This document shows positions 35,079-46,849 of a stretch of 64,000 bases of DNA, in pieces. Numbering within the stretch: the first letter of the stretch is position 1; every line of letters begins with the position of its first letter. The notes below the pieces were generated by a model. The model was given only the letters and a program-made list of their open reading frames with translations. It had not been told where the DNA came from and ran no database searches. The position numbers and the translations under genes are program-made. This DNA comes from Diadema antillarum (lineage: Eukaryota), in NCBI RefSeq assembly GCF_040938485.1, contig NW_027272031.1, forward strand, positions 248,001 through 312,000, in the 5' to 3' direction.

Positions 35079-35175
35079 CCTGGCCTGAAGGTTCTCCACC
35101 TCCTTGGCATGCCTCTCATCCTTGTCAGTTTCTATCTGTTTCTGGAGTCGCTCCTTCTCCTGAAGTTCCTCCTCC
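35079..35175 (-). CDS. PPP1R9A: Neurabin exon: coiled coil EEELQEKERLQKQIETDKDERHAKEVENLQAR
   Basis: Acceptor ttctgtcaatcttccag, donor gtgagt; 97 nt, phase 2>0, fitting both neighbours. Confidence 0.88.
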
Positions 35176-35356
35176 CTGGAAGATTGACAGAAGGGAGAGA
35201 GAAGAAGAAGACAGAGATTAGATAGGTGAGAAACTAAGGAAAGAGTAACACAGATGTATAAATGCTTGGTAGTCTTTCTCACATGCACACACACAACATT
35301 CACACATCATATAGACATATTGAAACACACATTATAAATGTAAATTGATGGATTGC

Positions 35357-35497
35357 NNNNNNNNNNNNNNNNNNNNNNNNNNNNNNNNNNNNNNNNNNNN
35401 NNNNNNNNNNNNNNNNNNNNNNNNNNNNNNNNNNNNNNNNNNNNNNNNNNNNNNNNNNNNNNNNNNNNNNNNNNNNNNNNNNNNNNNNNNNNNNNNN
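35357..35497. other. Assembly gap (141 N)
   Basis: N-run. Confidence 1.
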
Positions 35498-35605
35498 GAA
35501 GGAAAAAAGACTACAGGAAAAGAGGTAGGGTAAACAAAATATATCAAAAGAAAGAACAGAAAATGTTCTAAAATGGCACACAAAGGAAAATGGGGGCAGC
35601 AGTTT

Positions 35606-36186
35606 CTAAAGTAAATTGCGACCCAAATACCTGGCTTATAACTATGTGGACTGAGGGAATACAGCAGTATTACTAGAACACATGGGTGAAAGTTTAAGGA
35701 AAATTGCACAATTAAATCAAAAGTTATGAATTGTTAAATCTTTGGTGCCACCATTGGTGGATGAGAAGACTATTACAGTTCATGACATCATGCATGTAGA
35801 ATGATATGAAGAAAATATAAAGATTTTAGACATACACTATATTCCAACTTTTCTAGCATAATGAGAGACAACTTGGATTACCTCTTTCAGAAGGCAGGGA
35901 AATATCACCCTCTATATTTTATGTCAGTTAGTCAGTGAAGGGAATGCATACTTTTTCAAGAAAAAGGAAACGTGGAATTATCTTTATATTTTCTTTGAAT
36001 CACTGCACATGCATGATGTCATGAAATGTAGTCTTTTCATCCAGCAATGGCTGCACCAAAAATGTGAAAATTCATAACTTTTGAACGGATTGTCCAATAT
36101 TCCTCAAACTTCATGGACGTGTTCTACTAATATTGCTGCATTCACTATATAATCCACATGTATACTTGGGGAAACTTGCCCTTTAA
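35606..36186. mobile_element. MITE family A, diverged copy
   Basis: Right end gttctactaatattgctgcattcac...acttgccctttaa matches the family; left end is degenerate. Confidence 0.7.
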
Positions 36187-36699
36187 CTGTGTGAATTACA
36201 CTGTCTTGAAAACAAAAGGTTAATATAAGTAATGAAAAGTATTAGAGGGTTTTTTTGTGGAAAGGATTTTATGTAAGTTATAAAATTAGGGCACAAACAT
36301 TGTAAAAGTAAAGCATAGATACAAGTACATGGGCACCAACTTTTAAACAATTATGCACAGATATCACTGTTTACATCCTGGTGGAAGAAATTCTTAATTA
36401 TCAACAAAATATGGATGGATCTGTTATCTGAAATTCAAACGTGTCACAAATAAAAAGTACAAACATAGAAAAATAAATATTTTTGATTTTGTTTTCCAAC
36501 AAAACATTGCACAGTTGAATGTATGCTTATGATATAATTCCTGATTAATTTTGTGTTATGTTTTGTTGGGGGGGGGGGAAGAGAATGAAAGTAAATGAAC
36601 TGAACTGAAATAAAAAACAAAACAAATACAAAATGAGCTAAAACTACACTTCTAGTTCTGTTGATATTCAAGGTGTTTGTATTTGCATGACATAACTGT

Positions 36700-36995
36700 A
36701 GGTGGTATTTGTGATTCCAAAGGTTTGTTAATTTAGAAATGAAATGGGTTTTTTTTAGATCCAAACATTAGTGGCATTAATCCAAAGGTTTGTTGATCCA
36801 AAAATGAAATAAAGTTTGTTATTCCACAGGTTCAATAGTCTAAATGATATAAGATTCAGTCATTCGAAAATGAAAATAAAAGATGCGTACTGACAAACCT
36901 CTGAAATTACAAACCTTACAATGTATATCGCTTTGGGGTTAGGAAACCTTTGAAAAAGCAAACATTTTTTGCATTTATGGATTCACAAACCTTTT
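36700..36995. repeat. Degenerate foldback element with repeated aaggtttgt / acaaacct subterminal motifs
   Basis: Motifs point one way in the left half and are inverted in the right half. Confidence 0.4.
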
Positions 36996-38451
36996 TTCAT
37001 TTTTTCCCCATATTAATGATCATTCTAAATAACATACTATGCCTTATGATTTGCTGAGTTGACATTTAGTTTGAGTATCAGTCGTTTATTACTATCTTCA
37101 AAGTTGTATATTCTCTATTCTCTCTTTCTTTCTCCCTCTCTCTCTCTCTCTTATGCCTCGATACAAGTCTCAAACAGTTTCTAAGCAATTTTTTTTTTTT
37201 CGGAAAGACAAACAAAAAAATGCAGACGTACCTTAAATAAGGCACATTATATAGAAGAGAACCAACAAAATCTATGTTGCAATGAAAATTAATCTTGCAC
37301 CTGACGGGCAAGGCACAATTATAGTTCATATTTCTTGCCATTCTAAACTCCAAGACGAAAACAGAGCAGACAATCCGAGTAAGTGATGCCGGTAATTTTA
37401 ATCATTAGCCCCAAAATAGTTGTGAGAAGGGACAATGAGGGGTACTTTCCCCTGACAGACTGCTCATGGCCGAACGCATCGGACATGAATTGAAAAGGGG
37501 TACAGAGAAGGGGATTATGAGCAAATAAGTGAGGCACAAGACGGCCGACGAGGCAGGCAGACATAGAGAGGTCTCAGAGAGAAGGAAAAAAAAGTCTGAA
37601 ACTAGGTCTCTCTTCAAAAGGTTCGCTCAACTACCACACCTCTTCTTGACAACAGGGAGTGGAGTTGAATGCCTGTTGCAATAAGCTGTGAGTACCAGAT
37701 TCTACTTTCTCTACGAAAGACATAAAACACCCCTGTATTTCAGAATTAAAGACTGTGTTCTAGCTTATATTATATATTCAGTACAAGTGCACATTATTAT
37801 GAATTCAATTCCCTCAAACCATGCCTAACATGGTCAAGATGAAATGTCTGAAAAGATGATTACAGAAAAAGAAAGTTGTTTAGAATATCTTGGGTCTCTG
37901 CTGAATGCTTAAAGATACATCAATTCATTCACTGTTATTATTGCCAGCTGATATTCCTGACGATCATGCAAAGAGTAAACTCATCCTTATTGTCTGCTGT
38001 TGTTGATGTTCTTTGCTGAGAAATAAGTAAACATATCAATAGCACTTTGTTTGATGAGGAAAAATGAAATCTTGACATGTCATTACCAATTCAAGACAGG
38101 GAACAATAATTTTTCTCCAAGAGCAAAGGACATTGCAAGCGGCTAATTCTGGGTCAAAAGTCTTCCTACTGGTTGACATGAGAGAGGGAATGTGTTCAAT
38201 AAATGTTTTATAATCCCTGAACAGTACTATGTGGCCGCAGCATCCTTCAGTGAACACACATTACTTTTTGAAGTGACTATCACTACATTACTGCTAACAA
38301 TAGCTAATATTTGGTTTAGTCTTATTAATTTTGCTCACTTCCTCTGCGTCTCAATTTTTTCAATCAGAAATGTATAAAACATTCCATACAAAAAACAAAA
38401 TTGACCAAAATGCAATCAGTATGCTCGATTCCTAAATAATCATCCTCATTC

Positions 38452-38544
38452 TTAACCCGTTGAGGACGGTTTGATTTTGCTAAAACACACAATTCCCATA
38501 GACACCTGCCCAAGTATACTCGGGACTCGTCCTCAACGGGTTAA
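38452..38544. mobile_element. piggyBac-like mini-MITE, copy 4 (opposite orientation)
   Basis: TTAA-cccgttgaggacg ... cgtcctcaacggg-TTAA; 13-bp perfect TIR; internal part is reverse-complementary to copies 1-3. Confidence 0.85.
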
Positions 38545-39241
38545 ACCCTAATCCTAATCCAAACTTCCTTCCACTGGGGTTGTCCTACAACAGGAATTAG
38601 AACATTAGAACATAGCCAAATGCCAGATTATCCATCCTACAATTAATCTCAGCTACTATGTGTATAAACCTCGTCCACAAGAAAGATGATCCACTCCCTA
38701 ACAATTAGCAAACAACGACTGATTAAGAGCTCTTTACTCTAGATCTGACCACCATTACACGCCTTCAGAGCTGTTTTACCTCCAGCTGAGGACACAAAGA
38801 ATGCAGAAGATGCGGTAGAAAAAGAAATGGAGCAAGTGACAAGCAGGTGACATTGACCTCACTTTGGCAATCGCTGCAAGCAGTGACCTCAGCCAATAAT
38901 TTGATTTTCCCTCAAACTGCATCTCCAATTCCACTTAAATTTGCTCAGACCTCCTTAATTTTCACCAATACTTGCAGAGAATTTGCCCAGAATCCCCAAA
39001 AGCGCAGGCCAGGCCGTTTACATCTCGTTCGTTCGGGGGAGGAAATTTCCCGCCATTTAGAGATGCTGAATTTAAACAGACAGATGAGAGATGGGTTTTG
39101 GAAGACTTGCCCACCACCAACAGGTTGTGGGGGGAGGGGTGGGGGAGGTGGGCAAAAGGTAAGGGATTGATTTCTAAGGAAGAGTCTTCATTCTGATAAA
39201 GTGCAGAGGGCTGGGTGGCATTCATGAGACCCAAATGTCAG

Positions 39242-39660
39242 ATTCATTCCAAGCTTTTGTCTATCCCTTCATCCCCCCACTTGTCATTCTTAGTCCACTT
39301 TCACTTTCAAAAAAGAATTTAAGAAAAAAAACACCTCACACAGAACTTCATCTGTAGTCTTCTTTCCAGGCTGACTGACCCCATTGCAAACATTCAAGCC
39401 TCTGTCTATCCCTTCATATCCCCACCTGTCAAGCTAGTCTACTTTCATATTCAAACAAACTTATACAGAACATCCTCTTGTGGCCTTCTTTATGGGCTGA
39501 TTGATCTCATCTAAAAAAAATCAAGCCTTTGTCTATCCCTTCATCCCTTCATCTGTCATTCTTAGTCCACTTCCATATATATCAAAATAACAATTCAACA
39601 CAGAACTTCATCTGTTAGCCTCCTTTACAGACTGACGGATCCCATTTCAAAATTCAAGTC
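39242..39660. repeat. Diverged tandem repeat, ~130-145-bp unit x3
   Basis: tgtctatcccttcat and cagaac(t)tc anchors recur three times. Confidence 0.7.
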
Positions 39661-40117
39661 AACAAAACATCTGCAGTTTTACAAAAATGCTAACCGATTA
39701 ATCACCCCTCTAGATGGCAACGATGGTAAATGAGGTAAAGTAAAGTGAAATTATTCAATTACTTCTTAAATCAGCCCTTGTAAAAATCTTCCCAACATTC
39801 ATCTCACTAACGCTGTGCTATACTTTGATGAGATAGGTGAATATCAGTTTGCATTGACAGCATAGAGCATCATTCATCTGGTCTACGACTGTGCAAATTG
39901 CACCACACATCTCCCATCAGAGTGAAGTAATTAAGGCACTTGATCAAATGCAATGACTTTTACAAGGAGCTTCATGTTTTTAGTGAAAAATGAAAAACTG
40001 CAACCCTTAATATGCCCAAGACTTGCCTCCTTAGGAAGCAAAAAAAAAATAACTAAAAAACAACTACAACATTCACCTGTAACTAAGAACTTACACAAGA
40101 TTCATCATAAAACTATA

Positions 40118-40810
40118 TGTGACCCTGCACCACAAAACCAACAAAAAGTTGCCAGACATGGATTTCTCAGTGAAAAGCAGATTCTGAAAAACAAGACTCT
40201 AAGCTTTAAAATGAGGTATAACTCAATTCAAATGGATTCCCCTAACCTACCTAAATACTGGAAAGAAAGCAAACACTCTGGAAAAGTGTGAACTGAGAAA
40301 AGAGGCTCTGAAGTACAGTGTCTATTCCAGCACTTAATCTTTACCAAGCCATGCTAGCTGTGCCATGAAAGGGACAAAACACAGGACATAAACCACTGGA
40401 GCAACAACAATGAAGGGATTATCAGATTAAGCTGAAATTAAGCATGTTCTATTAGCTTATTCTGCCCATGATTAAGGCTAACTTTCAAAGCAGTAGTGTC
40501 ATCCATTCAAAAGCTATTAGACTTGAAAGTGAAGAGTGCGCAAAGGATTTCAAGACATAAAAAGCGGCCTCTAAGACAAACCTGATCATTCTACTCTTCC
40601 CCCAAAAAGGGTTGTAGAAAAACTGCTAAAAACACACTTTCCCATCCATGTTATGATCCCAAACTGAAAACTACTGTAGAAAAAGAATAGCTCTTTCAGA
40701 AAATATGAAAAAACTCAAGATTGACTTGGTTGAACCATTTCACCTTTTTTGAGTCCTCACTTATAATCAAGGGGTGCGACTTTTTGTTTGTTTTGTGGTG
40801 CACGGACACA
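40118..40810. mobile_element. TA-flanked TIR element, ~690 bp, related termini
   Basis: tgtgaccctgcaccacaaaaccaacaaaaagt ... actttttgtttgttttgtggtgcacggacaca; ~32-bp TIR with about 3 mismatches; TA flanks. Confidence 0.78.
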
Positions 40811-42063
40811 TAATTATGTAGTCACTTTCTTTGGAGGAAAGCAACATCAGTTGTGCTTAGGTCACTGTCTTAATGGGCAGAGTTCCTTGCAGTATGAAGT
40901 TAAGGGTGAAGTGAAATGAGTGTAACAGGTGTTTTTGCATTTAAATCGTAATCTCTGACAAAAATAGAGCCCTGTGTAGAATAATGTGTTCAGGATTTTA
41001 ATACAGCGATTATTATCCTGGATTAACTAATTAATGATAGAACTTACTACTTAAATAACTAATACAGATACTGGAACTCATATGACATTTGTACTGATTG
41101 CTGATCCACAGTAATTCTTTTTGGGACAAAATAGAGAGACTTGACTGAGTACAATCTTCCATGAATTATGTGTTAGTTTTGTTCTCATTTAGCACGCGGC
41201 AGGATGTTCATTTTGTTTTGATTTCCCTTGCGGGGAAACAAGCAGCATTAAACTGAATTGAAAGATGGAAGGAGAAAAACAAATCCTGGGAGATTGTGTT
41301 CTTTTTCTGTTTCTTTTCATTTTTAAGGCAGATAATGAAACAGACATGACAGATGAGTGAATATTTGTGCACAGTGAGACAAATATTAGAAGAGTTGAAG
41401 TCATTTGCAAGTCGGGGATGCGTCTGATGTGGTATCCTATGGGAACTGTTCGGAAGACCATGCCAGACTAATTTCTTGTGCTTGACTACAGTTTTGATAA
41501 TAAAAGTTTCATTGCGATTCTGCTGTAACTGGGTACACATTGAGGACACCGTGCTTAAACTCATCATCCTGGATAGGGGAATTCTATCATTTCTTTGATA
41601 TTCATATATTCAGTCTTGTTATTGTATTTTTGTATAAATTGCAATAAAGATATCCCATGGGATGCAAAATCAGCTGTTTTACTAATATTCAAGTGGCACA
41701 AAAACTATTTACTTAAAGTTACTGTAGAGTTCCATTCTGTAAGGGATGGGAAAATAAGTTTCAGTGGGGTAAGTTTCATAAAGGGTCTTTTTTCCACAAA
41801 AAAATTCTTATCATTTGGTTTAACAAAAATTTGTAAGGAGTGTCATTCACATGACAAACTTTTTAATCTATCACAGACATTTATCAAATTTTTAAGACTT
41901 GCTTTCATAGTCCTCACCACATATTGCTTGTGCTTCTTTTAGGAAAACATCACAGCAATGAAAGTGATACTAATCAAGTGAGCTCTAAAAGATAGTGCCT
42001 AAAAGGCTCAAGAAAATCTAATTTTTTTTTTCTCACTGTCCATTTTTTCAAGTACAAGTCTAT

Positions 42064-42216
42064 GGCAATTACCCCCTCGACAATTATCCCAGACCCTTCC
42101 CCTGACCCTAATCCTAAACCTAATCCTAACCCTTACCCAAACCTAACCCCAATCTTTCCTTTGACCTTACCACTAGCCAGCATTTAAGGGGGGGGGGGGG
42201 GGGGGGGGTAATTGCC
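42064..42216. mobile_element. Small TIR element with an internal CCTAAC/CCTAAT-like repeat and a G-run
   Basis: ggcaattacccc ... ggggtaattgcc inverted ends. Confidence 0.55.
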
Positions 42217-43559
42217 TTGATATGTTCAGTATAGAAAGAGAGTTTTTGTGGTATTCTAATTGCTACATGACACAAATGCGGTAAAGATAAAACCTGTTGC
42301 ATGTCATTCCTTTAAGCGACACCTTTTCACTGTCCTCCGGAGTCAAGTCAACTTGACCACTGCCCCGTTTCCCACTCAACCCCTTTCCCCACTCAACCCT
42401 TACCCCACGTCAACACCCCTGCCCCCACGTCAACACCCCTGCCCCCACGTCCACACCCTAGCCCCCAGGGCCGGCCGACACCCACACGCAGACAGGAGTC
42501 AGTGACGCCGGCCCCTTCAGCTCGCCAAACATTTACTCTCGTTCCGGCATCGGTCCACGGCTGTGACTTCTTGACATCGTGCGCCCATCGAGGGCCCTCC
42601 AAGAAGCCCCCTGTCCCCGCCTCGAGTGCCCGGAATTGCATCACTCTCGTACGCGCTCACCCTTTTGCGTTCTTCACCATCTCATTTTCTCCTTCTTACC
42701 CCATTCCCCATTCTGTCTTCCCTCTAACTGTATACTGCCTCAGAACCTTGAAGTGCAAACTTTCTTTCTTTCTTCATTTTTTTTGTGTACAAAAATTGAA
42801 TCCTTTAACTGTTCTTTGCAATGTTCTTTGAACTTAATGTGATTTCTTCATGCAAATACAGCATTCATCATGCAATAAATCACTGACAATGGGATTACCA
42901 AGTCACCCTTGGTTGTACCTCTTGACTGTGTGTGTTGATGATATTTCTTACAAGAAATCCAGCCAATTTACAGGTATAAAGTTAAAAAGTTATGAGTTAA
43001 ACTGTTATGAGCTCCCTCGTGGAGACATCATTATATATATCTAATATTCTTGCTTGATACTTTTAAGATTTTTTATGTTTGTCTTACATGTACATATGTC
43101 AGTATTGTCTGGGACAGATTATTTATTGTTTAGGGCCTCATTTTTCTCTCTCTCTTCTTTCTTTAAAACACAACATTATGCAGTTAAACAGTTGCTGGAA
43201 GGATATCATCCATAGCTATCATATATTCATGGTTACACCAGTCATATCCCATCATTTTGAGACTATCACCTTGTCTGGCAATATCTCAGAGAACAAAATA
43301 TCTTTCTTTTGCCATCATACATGTATGTGCTTAAATTTCTCTACAGTACTGGTACACGTGTAGGTGCTCACTCTTCAAATGATATATCTCATCTTCAAAT
43401 ACTGTATTTCTTTTCTGTTTCTTGCTCCATCCCCACCACTTGGTCTCCTACTGTTCCCCGTTATGTTTCCAACTGAACTGTTCTCCCATTTCTGCCCCCC
43501 TAGAAGCCTTTCTCCGGTCCACACGTGACTTAATCTGGGCAAACATTTATCACCCCCTC

Positions 43560-43720
43560 TCTGGCGACGTTGGCAAACAGACTGCCCGCCACGGCCGGCC
43601 GCGCCGAGGACCCTCACCACGCCACACGATGCCCTAGAGGGCGCCGCGACATGCGTCAAATCTGAAGCCAAGCATGTGTCAGCCATGGGCGCATGCAATT
43701 ATCGATGCTACCGTTTCCAC
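43560..43720. promoter_or_regulatory. CpG-rich intronic island; candidate internal promoter
   Basis: About 20 CpGs in ~160 bp within a CpG-poor intron. Confidence 0.4.
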
Positions 43721-45311
43721 GGCGATGGTGTGCTGAGTTCATCTCTCCCTTGCATCATCTTGAACATCCTTGCCTCCCGAGAAAGTCCTCCACAAGCCCA
43801 CTGTCCCCCCTCCCACCATCGCTCCATCTTAATCATGTCTTCCACACCCCCACGCCCACCTGTCTTCAGTCTTTCCTCCATCCTTTCTCTCTCCTCCGCT
43901 TTCTTCTTTTCATCTGTTCTATCTTCTCATCTTCATCCTCATACACATCTTCATGAGCTCTGTGGATATCCACAACCATTTCTTTTTTTTTTCCATTTCC
44001 ATATTCCTCTCAATGTACCAAAATTTTCAGAGTTTAAACATTGATGGTCACACTGTAAAGTCATCTCTTACTTTTGGCATAGCCTTCCCTCAATTTCTTT
44101 TTTGCTTCCTTTTCATGTTCCACATTTTAAATCACTGCACCACAAATCTATCTGGAAACTCTTTTCATCTTAAAGAGCATTTGCTGCATGTCATGTAGTC
44201 TTCTAACCGACATGGATCAACCATATCTAAGGCCTCACCTGAAAATTCTCTTTATTGCACAAATTATCATGAAAGGTTATTTGCTTCTGGAAGAAGAAAA
44301 AAACCAAAGAAGTAATGTCTTTTGCAGTCTGTGAAAGAATGGCATGCCATGATTTTATGGAATGCAAGAGTTTTTCCCGCAAATTCTATCTTCTTAGTTA
44401 CAAGCTGTTCAGAAAATCAAGCTGAATCAAAGTGTATATATCTGAAATATTGTAGGGTTGTTTATACAACGTAGTCCCATGTTGTGCCCAAGTTATCACA
44501 GCGAAAACTCGCAAATTAATCGCCACTAGCCAAATTGGCAACATCCTTGGTGTGACTGGGTGATAGGTATCCCACGAGGCAACAGTTATTGCAGGGTTTG
44601 CCTTCTCTTTGGCAAAATGTCAAAAAAAGAAGGCATTTATCTCAGTCACACACTAATGATATTCACTCCTCATGCTAACCTTTGAAAGTCCGTACCCAAG
44701 GACGATACTTCACAAACCCTTATCTGGTGTTTACACTGAGTTCAGCACCACTGGGGTCTTGACCGAGATATGCAAACTACGGTAATCAAAGGATCACAGA
44801 TATCCATCACAAAATATGCAAATGCTCTTTCGCTTTGACATTAAACAGGCTACTTTGAAGGCAAAATGGCCACTTCTGTTTCATGCATATTCTGTGGAGG
44901 AGACTTCCAGATCTACTTTGTTGATTGTTCTTTCAAAATCTATTTAAAGAAATGTACTTATAAAGTGTGGGGGGGTTACTGTTTGTATTAAATTACAGTT
45001 ACATGCTTTGTGATTATGCATGATCCATCAAAACATATCAATAAAAAAGTATTGCAGGCAATGTAAATTTCTAGCCTTAGGGTCTCAACAAACATTACTC
45101 ACAATACATTCATCATGGGAAAGTCTCACGTTAAAAAAAAAAAAAAAAAAATGTCTGCAGAAAAAGGAACTTGTATGTGTGTGTGGGTGTCTGTGTTTGT
45201 GTGTAGGTCTGTATGTCCGTGTGTGTATACGTATGAGCCTGTCTGTGTATATGTGCTTGCATCTGCTTATTAATGAGAGCACGGTTTCTACTTTTCTCTG
45301 CAATTACTCAC

Positions 45312-45529
45312 CTGGCCTGCAAGTCTTTAATCAGTTTCTTGGCTTTGTGATATTTTTTCTCCAGCGCCATGTTCTGGTCCTCCTTGGCGTTGACGGCGTT
45401 CTTCAGTGAGTCGATGTCCGCCTGCATCTTTTCTAGGGCGCCCTCTAGCGTGGCGATGCGTCTGTCCTGCGAATCGATGTGATTCTTGAGGCGTTTCTCC
45501 TCCGCCTCCCATCCCTGAGCTTGGAGAGC
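45312..45529 (-). CDS. PPP1R9A: Neurabin exon: coiled coil ALQAQGWEAEEKRLKNH...ALEKKYHKAKKLIKDLQA(R)
   Basis: Acceptor ccctttaacag, donor gtgagt; 218 nt, phase 0>2. The KKYHKAKKLIKD motif is characteristic of neurabins. Confidence 0.93.
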
Positions 45530-45879
45530 CTGTTAAAGGGGTGTGGTGGTGACGGTGGTGGTGGTGGTGGAGGGAGGGGTGCAAAAAGGGGGCAAGATGG
45601 GGGCAAGATGGGGGTGAGTGCGAGGAAGGCATGGAGAAAAAAGATTTTAACTTTTCTAAAGTTGTCAGCACATCATTTATTCATCAATTTATACCTGCTC
45701 TCATTCAACTGGTTGAATTATACTAGAATACAAATATCTGTTTTAAGAGGCAATGAACATGAAGAAATATAGAAAAGGGTGCACTCAGAAATTTGAAGAA
45801 GCTGTGGGCTTATAAATAAATACCATACTGGCATTTACAAGTGTACAATTTTATGTGCAACTATATAGTTTGTTTCACT

Positions 45880-46011
45880 NNNNNNNNNNNNNNNNNNNNN
45901 NNNNNNNNNNNNNNNNNNNNNNNNNNNNNNNNNNNNNNNNNNNNNNNNNNNNNNNNNNNNNNNNNNNNNNNNNNNNNNNNNNNNNNNNNNNNNNNNNNNN
46001 NNNNNNNNNNN
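45880..46011. other. Assembly gap (132 N)
   Basis: N-run. Confidence 1.
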
Positions 46012-46115
46012 ATTTAATTCAATGCCAATGAAACAGTTTCCAAGATACAGCTAAATACAAGGGCATACAAATAGGTTAACAGAGCCGTGAGGGTCAAAAC
46101 GAGAGAAATATTGAC

Positions 46116-46352
46116 CTGTATCTTGAGGTTAGGTATCTCCGCCTCGGCAATGGCCAGCTTGTACTGCGTCTCCTTGAGCTGAATTCGCAGGTTGGCGTAG
46201 TCTTCGGCAGTGGCCTCGGAGGGGGACACCACCGAGCTGCCGCCCCCGCTGCTCAGGGTCTCATCCAGGTCGTAGGTGCCCTGTATCAGCTGGCTGTCTG
46301 TCGGAGACTCGGCCGGCATCTCTACCGAGGGGGTGTCCTCCTCCGGCGAAGG
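46116..46352 (-). CDS. PPP1R9A: Neurabin exon: PSPEEDTP...YANLRIQLKETQYKLAIAEAEIPNLKIQ (start of coiled coil)
   Basis: Acceptor ctacattgcag, donor gtcaat; 237 nt, phase 0>0; GC-rich codons in an AT-rich background. Confidence 0.9.
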
Positions 46353-46381
46353 CTGCAATGTAGACAGAAATCAGGCTTGAT

Positions 46382-46849
46382 TTAAAGGAGACCTCCGGAT
46401 GATTTTCATATTTTTACATTTGAACCACTATAAATTAGTTATACTGAGGACAGAGTTTCAGTATTTATGATAATTGGGATGAAAAATAAGAATATTTTCA
46501 AAATTCATAACAAATTGCAATGAACAAGGATGATGACATGGCAGGTTCCCCATTAGAATGCATGACTTGGGGCTCTTGGAAGCAGAACAAAATAAGAAGG
46601 CATGCATAGATTATACACAGGTGAACTCGCAAGCAAGCGGTATTGTAATGGAATTACACTGCTATCATTTCTGGAATATGTGAACCTCCTATGTCATCAT
46701 CCTTGTTCAGTGTAATTCGTTTACGGTTTTTCAAAGTATTGTTTCTCTGCTCAAGAACCACAATAAATTCCACAAATCTATACATGGAGCTATTGATTTA
46801 TGTACTACATGATGTAAAATTATGAAAATCGCCTGGAATGTCCCTTTAA
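46382..46849. mobile_element. Kolobok-like MITE (~470 bp)
   Basis: ttaaaggagacctccggatgattttcata ... tatgaaaatcgcctggaatgtccctttaa; inner inverted block aacaaggatgatgacat/atgtcatcatccttgtt. Confidence 0.75.

Noticed and set aside
35300-35709. ORFs containing X runs (also 60379-60886)
   Set aside because: Artefacts of N gaps lacking stop codons.
37405-37617. Purine-rich patch with 70-73-codon minus-strand ORFs and a T-rich acceptor-like tract
   Set aside because: Only a weak gtaccc donor and no homology; not supportable as an exon.
42100-42150. CCTAAC/CCTAAT repeats resembling interstitial telomere
   Set aside because: Degenerate, and enclosed by the TIRs of a small transposon.
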